Shown: positions 23,250 to 33,300 of the stretch, one piece after another
How the letters are laid out: each line of letters starts with the position of its first letter
How positions within the stretch are numbered: position 1 is the stretch's first letter
Source of the DNA: an uncultured Pelagibacteraceae bacterium
GTDB taxonomy: Bacteria; Pseudomonadota; Alphaproteobacteria; Pelagibacterales; Pelagibacteraceae
Assembly (NCBI GenBank): GCA_902584995.1
Contig: CACICF010000004.1
Span: 13,960 to 77,959 of the forward strand
DNA length: 64,000 nucleotides
Reading direction: 5' to 3'
Notes under the pieces: generated by a model
The model's input: the letters and a program-made list of their open reading frames with translations, nothing else
Database searches by the model: none
What the model was told of the DNA's origin: nothing
Position numbers and translations under genes: made by a program

Positions 23250-23825
23250 TTAATAAATTTTGCTCTTTGTTTCTTCTTTGTTTATTAATCTTTTTATATT
23301 TTCTCTATGTGTGTAAAAAATTAATACAAACATAATTGTAAAAAAAATAAAATTTCCATTACCTAAGATTAATATGTAAATTGGTATTGAGATTGATGCA
23401 ATTAAGGAAGATAGGGAAGAATATTTTGATATAATAAAAGTTAAAGTCCAAATAATACCAAATATTAATGCATAATAAAAATCTATTGAAATTAGTATTC
23501 CTACATATGTTGCAACACCTTTACCGCCATCAAATTTCAACCAAACAGGAAATAAATGACCTAAAAAAGCACAAAGCGCTGAAATAAAAATTAAATCTGG
23601 ATAATAAAGCTTTATATAAATAACAGGTATAACAGCTTTTATAATATCAAGTATTAGAGTTAAATATGCTAATCTTTTATTTCCTGTTCTTAAAACATTT
23701 GTAGCCCCTATATTTCCAGATCCCACATCTCTTATATCTTTTTTAAGAAATATTTTTGTAAATATGTATCCAAAAGGAATTGAGCCAAACAAATAAGATA
23801 TTAAAGATGTAATTATGTAATCCAT
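23250..23825 (-). CDS. plsY: Glycerol-3-phosphate acyltransferase PlsY
   Basis: GSGNIGATNVLR, GHLFP, GGKGVAT, HRENIKRL. Confidence 0.97.
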   Translation of the reverse strand: MDYIITSLISYLFGSIPFGYIFTKIFLKKDIRDVGSGNIGATNVLRTGNKRLAYLTLILDIIKAVIPVIYIKLYYPDLIFISALCAFLGHLFPVWLKFDGGKGVATYVGILISIDFYYALIFGIIWTLTFIISKYSSLSSLIASISIPIYILILGNGNFIFFTIMFVLIFYTHRENIKRLINKEETKSKIY

Positions 23826-25114
23826 TATTCAGCCTTAAACAATTCCTCTCCATTAACAAAAGTATTCATTACTTTACCTTGTAATTTTTTATCTTCTATT
23901 GGTGTATTTTTTGATTTCGATATTAATTTTTCTTTTCTCACTACCCATGGTTTGTTTATGTCTACTATACAAAAGTCAGCATCATTACCTATTGATAAAT
24001 TACCTTTATTTATTTTAAGTATTTTTGCAGGACTAGATGTTAAAGCCTTAATAATAGTTTCTAATTTCACTGATCCGTTATGATATAACTCTAAACTTAA
24101 TGGCAATAAAGTTTCGATACCCGATGCACCAGTTTCTGCTTGTGCAAAAGTTAATCTTTTATTTTCTTCGTCTTCAGGTTTATGGTCTGATACTATTACA
24201 TCAATAGTTTCATCAACCAACCCTTGAACCAAAGCATTTCTATCCTCTTCAGTCCTCAAAGGTGGAGACAACTTTAAAAATGTTTTAAAATCACCAATAT
24301 CATTTTCGTTTAAAGATAAATTATTAATTGAAACACCGCAGCTAAAGTTAACTTTGCTCTTTCTTTCTCTAATTATTTCAATTGAGCTAGCTGATGAAAT
24401 TTGTGATATATGGTATCTACAATTATTATACTCTAATAAAGTTAAATCTCTTTCTAAGATCAACAATTCAGCACTTACAGGAATTCCCTGCAAACCAAGT
24501 TTTGTAGCAATTATCCCGTCATTAATCATTCCATCTTTCGATAACTCTGCATCTTCAGCATGTTGTATAATTAAAGAATTTAAATCTGAAGCTGAATTCA
24601 TAATTCTATTCATTATTCTTGGGTTTTGAATTGTTTTAACACCATCTGTAAATCCAATAATCCCTTTTCCTTGTAACAATCCAAATTCAGTCATGTTCTC
24701 TCCCTCTGTTTTTACAGTTAAAGCTGCAGTTGGAAAAATATTGATTTTGGATTTATCCCTTCCTCTTCTTCTAAGAAAATCAACAATCGAAACATTATCA
24801 ATTACTGGATTTGTGTTAGGCATTGTTACAACTGATGTTACTCCACCTGATAATGCTGCTTCGCTCAAAGTTCTAAAATTTTCCTTATATTCAAAACCGG
24901 GTTCACCAACAAATACACGCATATCTACCAAACCAGGGAATATATGTTTACCTTTTAAATCGATTACTTTTTCTCGAGATGGAATATTATTAGTATTTAC
25001 TTTTTTACCAACAGCTTCAAATTTTCCATTTTCGTCAATTATTAATCCACCTGTCTCATTTAATGAATTATACGGATCAATTATATTTGCATTTATAAAG
25101 TATTTTTTTTTCAT
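23825..25114 (-). CDS. pyrC: Dihydroorotase-like protein (probably the PyrC' non-catalytic type)
   Basis: GGVTSVVTMPNTNP, KLSPPLR, SDHKP, SKNTP; the metal-binding HxH reads RVF. Confidence 0.88.
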   Translation of the reverse strand: MKKKYFINANIIDPYNSLNETGGLIIDENGKFEAVGKKVNTNNIPSREKVIDLKGKHIFPGLVDMRVFVGEPGFEYKENFRTLSEAALSGGVTSVVTMPNTNPVIDNVSIVDFLRRRGRDKSKINIFPTAALTVKTEGENMTEFGLLQGKGIIGFTDGVKTIQNPRIMNRIMNSASDLNSLIIQHAEDAELSKDGMINDGIIATKLGLQGIPVSAELLILERDLTLLEYNNCRYHISQISSASSIEIIRERKSKVNFSCGVSINNLSLNENDIGDFKTFLKLSPPLRTEEDRNALVQGLVDETIDVIVSDHKPEDEENKRLTFAQAETGASGIETLLPLSLELYHNGSVKLETIIKALTSSPAKILKINKGNLSIGNDADFCIVDINKPWVVRKEKLISKSKNTPIEDKKLQGKVMNTFVNGEELFKAE

Positions 25115-26056
25115 TTATTCACAAAATATCTTTAAGCAAGCCATTCTTACTGCTACTCCTAATTCAACTTGTTCTTTAATTACACTTTTATTAATATCGT
25201 CTGCTAAGTTTGTATCAATTTCAATTCCTCTGTTCATTGGACCTGGGTGCATTATAAGCGCATCTTCTTTAGCAAATTTTATTTTGTCTGGTGTTAAACC
25301 GTAATATTCGTAGTATTCTCTGTTAGAAGATAGAAAAGAACTTGTCATTCTTTCATTTTGAAGTCTTAACATCATCACTATGTCACAGTCTTTAACTCCT
25401 TTTTTCATATCTGAAAAAATATTGACACCAAATCTTTCTATTTCATTTGGCATAAGATTAGTTGGAGCTACTATATTTACTTCAGCACCTAACATGTTTA
25501 GTAAATAAATATTTGATCTTGCTACTCTTGAATGAAGAATATCTCCACATATAGCTATTTTAAGACCTTCTATTTTTTTTCTTCTATTTATTATAGTTAA
25601 CGCATCTAGAAGAGCTTGAGTAGGGTGTTCTCTTCGTCCATCTCCTGCATTTAGAACTGCACAATTAACTTTTTGAGATAACAAATTACAAGCACCTGAA
25701 TCTTGATGCCTTATAACGATGATATCTGGATGCATTGCATTTAATGTCATTGCTGTATCTATTAGAGTTTCACCTTTTTTTATAGCAGAGTTTGTAATAT
25801 TCATTGACATTACATCTGCACCTAATCTTTTTCCTGCTAATTCAAAAGAACTTTGAGTCCTGGTCGAAGGTTCAAAAAATAAATTTATTTGCGTTTTACC
25901 TTTTAAAATATCAAGCTTTTTGTTTTTGCTTTTGTTTAACTCAATGAATTTTGAGGCTTCATTCAAAATTATATTTACATCATTGACTGATAAGTCTTGA
26001 ATACCTAACAAATGTTTTTGGGAAATTTTAATAGCTTTTTTAGATTTAATTGCCAT
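25115..26056 (-). CDS. pyrB: Aspartate carbamoyltransferase catalytic subunit
   Basis: [25 protein letters not shown]. Confidence 0.98.
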   Translation of the reverse strand: MAIKSKKAIKISQKHLLGIQDLSVNDVNIILNEASKFIELNKSKNKKLDILKGKTQINLFFEPSTRTQSSFELAGKRLGADVMSMNITNSAIKKGETLIDTAMTLNAMHPDIIVIRHQDSGACNLLSQKVNCAVLNAGDGRREHPTQALLDALTIINRRKKIEGLKIAICGDILHSRVARSNIYLLNMLGAEVNIVAPTNLMPNEIERFGVNIFSDMKKGVKDCDIVMMLRLQNERMTSSFLSSNREYYEYYGLTPDKIKFAKEDALIMHPGPMNRGIEIDTNLADDINKSVIKEQVELGVAVRMACLKIFCE

Positions 26057-26061
26057 TAAAA

Positions 26062-26087
26062 TTAACTCTATAACTATATAGAGTTAA
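26062..26087. repeat. Perfect 11-bp inverted repeat upstream of pyrB
   Basis: TTAACTCTATA-acta-TATAGAGTTAA. Confidence 0.85.
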
Positions 26088-26098
26088 CTATGCAAGCA

Positions 26099-26554
26099 TT
26101 AATTCTGTAAATAATCTAGGGCTCCTTGTAAAATAAATGCTGCAGCAAATTTATCTATATCATTCTCTCTTTTGCTAACGTTTATATCCAATTCACTGGA
26201 CAAATTAAAAGCTCCAACTGTAGATAATCTTTCATCCCATAGACAAACAGGAATGTTAATTTTATCTGCAAGATTGATTGCTATGTCTTTAGCTGATTGT
26301 GATGATTTTCCATATGAACCATCCATATTTATTGGATTCCCAACTATTATACCTTTGACATCGTTCTCCTTGATTATACTCTTAATATCTTCAATTAATT
26401 TAGAAGACTTTATTTTTTCTAAAGTTTTATAAGGCGTAGCAATTTTTTGATTGCCATCGCTTATTGCAATTCCAATCCTTTTTGAACCCAAATCTATACC
26501 TATAATTCTTGATCCATCTGATACTTTTGATTTGAATTCATTAATTGTGATCAT
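26099..26554 (-). CDS. ruvX: YqgF/RuvX pre-16S rRNA nuclease
   Basis: GIDLGSKRIGIAISD, WDERLST, IDKFAAAFILQ. Confidence 0.95.
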   Translation of the reverse strand: MITINEFKSKVSDGSRIIGIDLGSKRIGIAISDGNQKIATPYKTLEKIKSSKLIEDIKSIIKENDVKGIIVGNPINMDGSYGKSSQSAKDIAINLADKINIPVCLWDERLSTVGAFNLSSELDINVSKRENDIDKFAAAFILQGALDYLQN

Positions 26555-26604
26555 ATTGTATATTTTTAACTTAAGTGGTAGTTTGCGACAATATTTTTTA
26601 CCAT

Positions 26605-26892
26605 ATGACTATAGATCTTAAAACTGTAAAACACATATCAAAATTAGCTAGAATCTCACTAGAAGAGAAAAAAGCAGAAAAACTAGCAACTGATATGAAT
26701 TCAATATTTGAATTTATTGAAAAATTAAATGAATTAAATACAGATAATGTTGAACCATTAACTTCTATTGCTGAAACAACGTTAAGATTTAGAGATGATA
26801 AAATTACTAGTAAAAATATAAGAGAAAAAATATTAAAAAATTCACCAGAAAAAAATGATGATTTTTTTGTTGTGCCGAAAGTTGTTGAGTAA
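26605..26892 (+). CDS. gatC: Asp/Glu-tRNA amidotransferase subunit C
   Basis: [24 protein letters not shown]; start moved to ATG 26605. Confidence 0.96.
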   Translation: MTIDLKTVKHISKLARISLEEKKAEKLATDMNSIFEFIEKLNELNTDNVEPLTSIAETTLRFRDDKITSKNIREKILKNSPEKNDDFFVVPKVVE

Positions 26893-28349
26893 TGTCTGAA
26901 ATAACATCTTTAACACTTTATGAATTAATTAAAAATATTAAAGAGAAAAAAATATCTTCAAATGAAGCTGCAAAATCTTTTGTTGATAGAGCTGAAAAGT
27001 CAAAAAAAATAAATGCGTATGTAACTGAAAATTTTGAAAATTGTCTTAAACTTTCAAAAGAGTTTGATGATAAACCAAATTTTGATTTAAAACTTCCAGG
27101 CATTCCAATTGCTGTAAAAGATCTCTTTTGCACAAATGAAGTAAGAACAACAGCTGGAAGCAATATCTTAAATAATTTTGTACCAACCTATGAATCTACT
27201 GTAACACAAAATATATGGAACGAAGGAGCCATATTGCTTGGCAAACTTAATTGTGATGAATTTGCAATGGGATCATCTAATGAAACAAGTTTTTTTGGCA
27301 ATGTTCAAAACCCAATCGCAGAAGATTTAGTTCCTGGTGGATCATCTGGTGGTTCTTCAGCGGCTTTAGCAGCTAATTTAACACCTGTAACAATAGGCAC
27401 TGACACTGGTGGATCTATTAGGCAACCTGCCTCCTTCACTGGTACAGTAGGACTAAAACCTACTTATGGCAGCTGTTCAAGATATGGAATTGTTGCTTTT
27501 GCATCATCTCTAGATCAAGCAGGTCCAATGAGCAAAGATGTCAAAGATAGCTCCATTCTTTTGGAGGTGATCTCATCATTTGATAAAAAAGATTCAACCT
27601 CAATTGATTTTAAAAGAAATAATTATTCATCAGAGTTAACTAGAAATATTAAAGGTTTAAAAATCGGTATTCCAAAAGAATATAGAGTTGATGGGATGCC
27701 AGACGAAATTGAGAAACTTTGGAAAAAAGGTATTGAGTATGCAAAAGATTGTGGAGCAGAAATAATTGACATTTCATTACCTCATACTAGCTATGCTTTA
27801 CCAACTTATTATATTGTAGCGCCAGCTGAAGCATCATCTAATTTAGCAAGATATGATGGTGTTAAATATGGTCTAAGATCTTCCGGGAAAAATTTAATTG
27901 ATATGTATGAAAAAACTAGATCAGAGGGATTTGGTGAAGAAGTAAAGAGAAGGGTAATGATTGGCACCTATGTTTTATCTTCTGGATATTATGATGCTTA
28001 CTATCTTAAAGCTCAAAAAGTTAGACAATTAATTAAACAAGATTTTGACCAAGCTTATAATAAAGTAGATGCTATTTTGACACCTTCAACGCCTAGTTCT
28101 GCATTTAAAATAGGAGAAAAATCTAATGATCCAGTTTCAATGTATTTAAATGATATATTTACTGTTCCAGTAAACCTTGCAGGTTTACCTGGAATTTCAA
28201 TACCTGCAGGTGTAGATAAAAATAATTATCCATTGGGTTTACAAATAATAGGTAAACCGTTTGATGAACAAACAGTTTTAAATATTGCTTATTCAATGGA
28301 GGAAAAAATCAATTATAAAAATTATATAACTGATTGGTGGATGAAATAA
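26892..28349 (+). CDS. gatA: Asp/Glu-tRNA amidotransferase subunit A
   Basis: Amidase signature [18 protein letters not shown]; SSNLARYDG. Confidence 0.98.
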   Translation: MSEITSLTLYELIKNIKEKKISSNEAAKSFVDRAEKSKKINAYVTENFENCLKLSKEFDDKPNFDLKLPGIPIAVKDLFCTNEVRTTAGSNILNNFVPTYESTVTQNIWNEGAILLGKLNCDEFAMGSSNETSFFGNVQNPIAEDLVPGGSSGGSSAALAANLTPVTIGTDTGGSIRQPASFTGTVGLKPTYGSCSRYGIVAFASSLDQAGPMSKDVKDSSILLEVISSFDKKDSTSIDFKRNNYSSELTRNIKGLKIGIPKEYRVDGMPDEIEKLWKKGIEYAKDCGAEIIDISLPHTSYALPTYYIVAPAEASSNLARYDGVKYGLRSSGKNLIDMYEKTRSEGFGEEVKRRVMIGTYVLSSGYYDAYYLKAQKVRQLIKQDFDQAYNKVDAILTPSTPSSAFKIGEKSNDPVSMYLNDIFTVPVNLAGLPGISIPAGVDKNNYPLGLQIIGKPFDEQTVLNIAYSMEEKINYKNYITDWWMK

Positions 28350-29824
28350 TGTCTAAAAATAATTCGGAATATTTAATTGAAAGAAATGATAATGTTTACG
28401 AAGTTGTTATAGGACTTGAAGTTCATGCTCAAGTAACATCAAATTCAAAACTTTTTTCATCTTCTTCTACAAAATTTGGTGCTGAACCTAATACTCAAGT
28501 AAGCTTAGTTGATGCAGCTTTTCCAGGCATGCTTCCAGTAATTAATGAATTTTGTGTTAAACAAGCTATAAAAACTGGCATTGGTTTAAGAGCTAAGATC
28601 AATAATAAGTCTGTTTTTGATAGAAAGAATTATTTTTATGCAGATTTACCTCAGGGTTATCAAATTTCACAATATAAATACCCAATCGTGGGTGAGGGTA
28701 ATGTTATTTTGGATATGCCTGAAGGTCAAAAACAGGTTGGAATAGAAAGATTACATTTAGAGCAGGATGCAGGTAAAAGTATTCATGATATTGATCCTAG
28801 TAATACACTAGTTGATCTTAATAGATCAGGTGTAGCCTTAATGGAGATTGTTAGTAAGCCTGATTTAAGATCACCAGATGAAGTGAATGCTTATATAAAA
28901 AAACTTAGATCTATTATGAGATATTTAGGAACTTGTGATGGGAACATGCAAGAGGGATCCTTAAGAGCTGATGTTAATGTGTCTGTAAGAATAAAAGGCT
29001 CAACAGATTTAGGTACAAGATGTGAAATAAAAAATGTTAATTCTATCAAATTCATGCAAATGGCAATTATTTATGAAGCAAATAGACAAGTCGATTTAAT
29101 AGAAGAAGGTAAAGAAATAGATCAAGAAACAAGGCTTTTTGATACAAAAAAAAATGAAACAAGATCAATGAGGTCGAAAGAAGATGCTCATGATTATAGA
29201 TACTTTCCAGATCCAGATTTACTTCCATTAGAAGTTACGGATGAATTTATTAATAAACTAAAATCTGAAATCCCTGAATTACCAGATGATAAAAAGAAAA
29301 GATTTATTGATGAATTTAAAGTGTCACCTTATGATGCAACAATACTGGTCTCTGATATCGATACAGCTAAATATTTTGAAGAAGTTGTTGCCAAAATGGG
29401 TAATAACCGTGACATGAAACTAGCCGTAAATTGGATTACAGGAGAATTATTTGCAGTTTTAAATGAAAAAAATATTGAAATTGCTCAAAGTCCAATAAGT
29501 GCAAAAAATTTGGCAAAATTGATTAATTTAATTAAAAATGGAACAATCTCAGGAAAAATTGCTAAGACAATATTTGAGTTAATGTTAGATGGTGACATAG
29601 ACCCTCAAATAATTGTTGAGGAAAAAGGGTTAAAGCAAGAAAGTGATCCAAAAGCATTAGAGGCATTAATTGATAAAATAATCAATGATAACAGAGAAAA
29701 AGCTATTGAGTATAAACAAGGAAAAGAAAAGCTATTTGGCTTCTTTGTTGGACAGGCAATGAAAGCTTCTGGTGGAAAAGCTAACCCTCAATTAATTAAT
29801 GAAATATTAAAGAAGAAACTTTAA
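28349..29824 (+). CDS. gatB: Asp/Glu-tRNA amidotransferase subunit B
   Basis: [29 protein letters not shown]; start moved to ATG 28349. Confidence 0.98.
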   Translation: MSKNNSEYLIERNDNVYEVVIGLEVHAQVTSNSKLFSSSSTKFGAEPNTQVSLVDAAFPGMLPVINEFCVKQAIKTGIGLRAKINNKSVFDRKNYFYADLPQGYQISQYKYPIVGEGNVILDMPEGQKQVGIERLHLEQDAGKSIHDIDPSNTLVDLNRSGVALMEIVSKPDLRSPDEVNAYIKKLRSIMRYLGTCDGNMQEGSLRADVNVSVRIKGSTDLGTRCEIKNVNSIKFMQMAIIYEANRQVDLIEEGKEIDQETRLFDTKKNETRSMRSKEDAHDYRYFPDPDLLPLEVTDEFINKLKSEIPELPDDKKKRFIDEFKVSPYDATILVSDIDTAKYFEEVVAKMGNNRDMKLAVNWITGELFAVLNEKNIEIAQSPISAKNLAKLINLIKNGTISGKIAKTIFELMLDGDIDPQIIVEEKGLKQESDPKALEALIDKIINDNREKAIEYKQGKEKLFGFFVGQAMKASGGKANPQLINEILKKKL

Positions 29825-29861
29825 TTTAACTAAACCTATAGTCATTATATAATTAAGATAG

Positions 29862-30512
29862 ATGGGAAAGAATATTGAAATTTCTGAAAAAATCGAAAAA
29901 TATATTAATAATTTTAGTTTTAAACTAAACTCAGTTCAAAAAGAAATCATAGATTATAATAATACCCTTGGGAATGAAAAAAGAATGCAAGTAGCAATAT
30001 CTCAATGTCATTTTCTCCATTTAATAATAAAAATATCTAATATAAAAAATGTGCTTGAGATTGGAACTTTTACTGGTTTAAGTGCACTTTCTATTGCCCT
30101 TGCACTTCCTGATGATGGAAAACTTACAGCACTTGATAAAGACAAAGAGACAAACAAGATCGCAGTAAGTTTTTTTAAGAAAGCTAATCAAGATAAAAAA
30201 ATTCAAACGATTGTAAAACCTGCGCTAGATAGTTTAGATGAATTAAAAAAACAAAAATATGATATGGTTTTTATTGATGCTGATAAGCTTAACTATAAAG
30301 AATATTATGAAAAATCATTAAAAATAATAAAAAAAGGTGGTTTGATCATTATTGATAATGTTTTATGGCATGGTGAAGTTGCAGATGAAGATAATATGGA
30401 TAAATTTACATTAAATATTAGAGAATTAAATGAGCATGTATCAACTGATAAAAGAGTAGAACAAATAATTATCCCATTAGGAGATGGAATGACTGTTTGT
30501 AGGGTCTTATAA
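29862..30512 (+). CDS. SAM-dependent O-methyltransferase (Methyltransf_3; CCoAOMT/TrmR-like)
   Basis: LEIGTFTGLS, DMVFIDADKLNY, IDNVLWHG, PLGDG. Confidence 0.9.
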   Translation: MGKNIEISEKIEKYINNFSFKLNSVQKEIIDYNNTLGNEKRMQVAISQCHFLHLIIKISNIKNVLEIGTFTGLSALSIALALPDDGKLTALDKDKETNKIAVSFFKKANQDKKIQTIVKPALDSLDELKKQKYDMVFIDADKLNYKEYYEKSLKIIKKGGLIIIDNVLWHGEVADEDNMDKFTLNIRELNEHVSTDKRVEQIIIPLGDGMTVCRVL

Positions 30513-31414
30513 TGTTCAATATTTTTGGTTTTTATAAATTTAAAAAACTTAACAATCTTAAAAAATTGAAAAATAGATTAGAAAATAATCTTAAAGATTA
30601 TGAAATTAGAGGAACAATAATAATTTCACCCGAAGGTGTTAATGGAACAATTTCAGATAAAAAAAATAACCTTTTAAAATTCAATAAACTTCTAAAAAAA
30701 ATATTATCTATAAAAAAATTTAATTCAGAAAATAATTCTAATAGTAAATTTAATCCATTTCATAAACTTAAAATTAAAATCAAAAAAGAAGTTGTTCCAA
30801 TGGGTTTTAAAGTTAGAAACTATAATTTTCCTAAGAACAACCTAAATCCAAGGGAATGGAATAAAATAATTAAAAAAAAGGATACAGTTTTGATAGATGC
30901 ACGGAAATCTTTTGAGTATGATGTGGGTACTTTTAAAAAATCTTTAAATCCAAATATAGAAAACTTTCGTGAATTTCCTAAATATTTAAATCAATTTAAA
31001 AATAGCGAAAATATAGCTATGTTTTGTACAGGCGGTATCAGGTGCGAAAAAGCAAATATTTATTTGAAAAAAAAAGGATTTAAAAATGTATATGTTTTAA
31101 AAGGCGGAATTATTAACTATCTGAATAATATTAATAAAAAAAATAGTCAATGGAACGGAGAATGTTTTGTTTTTGATAATAGAGTATCAATAAAACATGG
31201 CTTGAGGCAGGGCAGTTATTCAATTTGTAGTGGTTGCAGAAAACCTGTTTCTATAAAAGAAAAAAAATCTTCTAAATATTTAGAAGGCATTCATTGTCCA
31301 AAATGTCACGATTCTTTAACAGATGATCAAAAATCAAGATTTGCTATGAGGCAAAAACAGATATTACTTGCAAAAAAATTAGGTAAGAGACATATCTTTA
31401 AAAAAGAATATTAA
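30512..31414 (+). CDS. trhO: tRNA uridine(34) hydroxylase TrhO (YceA-like rhodanese)
   Basis: FYKF, EGVNGT, KKEVV, MFCTGGIRCEKA, GGIINY, GECFVFDNR, C-terminal CxxC...CxxC. Confidence 0.92.
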   Translation: MFNIFGFYKFKKLNNLKKLKNRLENNLKDYEIRGTIIISPEGVNGTISDKKNNLLKFNKLLKKILSIKKFNSENNSNSKFNPFHKLKIKIKKEVVPMGFKVRNYNFPKNNLNPREWNKIIKKKDTVLIDARKSFEYDVGTFKKSLNPNIENFREFPKYLNQFKNSENIAMFCTGGIRCEKANIYLKKKGFKNVYVLKGGIINYLNNINKKNSQWNGECFVFDNRVSIKHGLRQGSYSICSGCRKPVSIKEKKSSKYLEGIHCPKCHDSLTDDQKSRFAMRQKQILLAKKLGKRHIFKKEY

Positions 31415-31431
31415 AAAAATAATTAACTTAT

Positions 31432-32793
31432 ATGGACTTGCTTAAAGAAAATATTCCTGTTCTTGTGAGAAAACTTTCAATACCAGCAAGTGTTGGAACG
31501 CTCTTTCAAACTTTATATAATATTGTAGATACATTTTATTCTGGACTAATTTCACCAGAGGCATTGTCAGCTTTGAGCAAATCTTTTCCAATATACTTTA
31601 TAATTGTTGCAACATCTATTGGTGTTACTGTAGGTGGAACTTCATTGATAGGAAATAGTATTGGAGAAAAAAATGAAAGAAATGCTTCGTACTATTTTAC
31701 TCATATTATAATTTACGGTTTACTAATTTCAGTTTTTATCACATTTATAGGACTCTATTTTTCGGAAAAAGTATTTAATCTGATGGGATCAACTGAAGAA
31801 ATTACAAATTTGGGTCTCCAATATACAAATATTATGTTTTATGGATCATTCCTTTTTTTCCTTGTTGTTTCATTAAATTCGCTTTTACATGCTGAAGGAG
31901 ATACAAAAACATACAGAAATGTTTTGATCCTTAGTTTTCTCTTAAATATAATTCTTAATCCTATCTTAATATTTGGGTTTTTGTTTATTCCTGCAATGGG
32001 AATGATGGGAATAGGTTTATCAACAATTATTGCTCAATTAATAGCATTTCTTATTATTCTTTTTAAAGTTTTACAAAATCCACGTGTTAAAAAAATTACA
32101 ATTGAATATTTTAATGTAAAATTTATTTTTTTAAAAAATATTTTCTTTCAATCAATGCCAATATCAATTGCAATATGTGGATATGCTGTAGCAGCTACAT
32201 TTATTTTTACTTATGTTGGCCAGACAAGTGAGCTAGCAGTTGCTGGTTATGGTGCAGCTACGAGAATAGAGCAGGTTGTTTTACTGCCAATACTGGGAAT
32301 AAATACTGCAATAATCTCAATTATAGCTCAAAACTTTGGTGCAAATAACTTTGATAGAGTTAAAGAGACTTACTTCGTTTCAATTAAATACGGGCTTATC
32401 TTAATGTTTTTTTCAGGGATATTAGTTTATTTAACAGCCGATATAGTTCCAAGGTTTTTTTCTAGCAACGAAGTGGTATTAGAATATGGAAGAAGGTATT
32501 TAAAAATTGCAGCTTTCATATTACCGGCTTACCCAATTTTCTTTTTATCTAATGGTTTTTTTATGGGTTTGAAGAAGTCAAATTATGCAATGGTAAATAA
32601 TATGATGAGAAATGTACTAGTGCCAATATGTGTTTTCTATTTAGCAAAATACTTATCAGCAGACTTTGATACTTTTTTTTGGCTATGGTTTGTTTTCCAG
32701 TGGACTCTATCTATACTTTTATTTACGTATGTTAGCTATTATATAAAAAAAAAATTAGATAAATCTAGCACTGTCCTTAATCCACATCCATAA
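31432..32793 (+). CDS. MATE family efflux transporter
   Basis: LYNIVDT, GDTKT, NIILNPILIFG, QNFGA; about 12 TM segments. Confidence 0.93.
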   Translation: MDLLKENIPVLVRKLSIPASVGTLFQTLYNIVDTFYSGLISPEALSALSKSFPIYFIIVATSIGVTVGGTSLIGNSIGEKNERNASYYFTHIIIYGLLISVFITFIGLYFSEKVFNLMGSTEEITNLGLQYTNIMFYGSFLFFLVVSLNSLLHAEGDTKTYRNVLILSFLLNIILNPILIFGFLFIPAMGMMGIGLSTIIAQLIAFLIILFKVLQNPRVKKITIEYFNVKFIFLKNIFFQSMPISIAICGYAVAATFIFTYVGQTSELAVAGYGAATRIEQVVLLPILGINTAIISIIAQNFGANNFDRVKETYFVSIKYGLILMFFSGILVYLTADIVPRFFSSNEVVLEYGRRYLKIAAFILPAYPIFFLSNGFFMGLKKSNYAMVNNMMRNVLVPICVFYLAKYLSADFDTFFWLWFVFQWTLSILLFTYVSYYIKKKLDKSSTVLNPHP

Positions 32794-33300
32794 ATCTTCT
32801 GAAAAGGATCTTCTTACAAAAAGATTAATTTCATTTATTTCTTTATGGTGGATAATTACATCAGTATGGTTTAGCAGAGTTTGTGTAACTGAGTTTTTAG
32901 TTTTTTTGAAATTTTCAAAATCAAATGGTGACCCAGAGGATAGAAGATCAAAAGTCTTATTACCTTTAATATTAATAGAAATCCATTGATTTGACACATC
33001 AACGACAGAACCTAAATTGACTTTTGAAACTTCATTAAAAAGGATGTTGAATAATTGTTTATCTTCACCTTTAAAATATACTAACCATTCGTCTGGACTT
33101 AGCCACAGTGTATTGTATTGTTGATTTGATGAACTTGTATTCGGTTCAATAGGCAAAATTATAGATAAGATTTTTCCTATTTTGGTAAAAAATTCTTTCT
33201 TTTTTCCCCTTAAATTTATTTTTACAATTGGTTCAGATAATGAAATTTCTAGACCTTCAAATGAACCTTTTTCAAATTTAGGATATTCTTGATTAAGCAT
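32755..33300 (-). CDS. soxG: Sarcosine oxidase gamma subunit
   Basis: LWLSPDEWL, VVDVS, VRRSFSEDLW; last gene of the sox operon. Confidence 0.92.
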   Translation of the reverse strand: MLNQEYPKFEKGSFEGLEISLSEPIVKINLRGKKKEFFTKIGKILSIILPIEPNTSSSNQQYNTLWLSPDEWLVYFKGEDKQLFNILFNEVSKVNLGSVVDVSNQWISINIKGNKTFDLLSSGSPFDFENFKKTKNSVTQTLLNHTDVIIHHKEINEINLFVRRSFSEDLWMWIKDSARFI

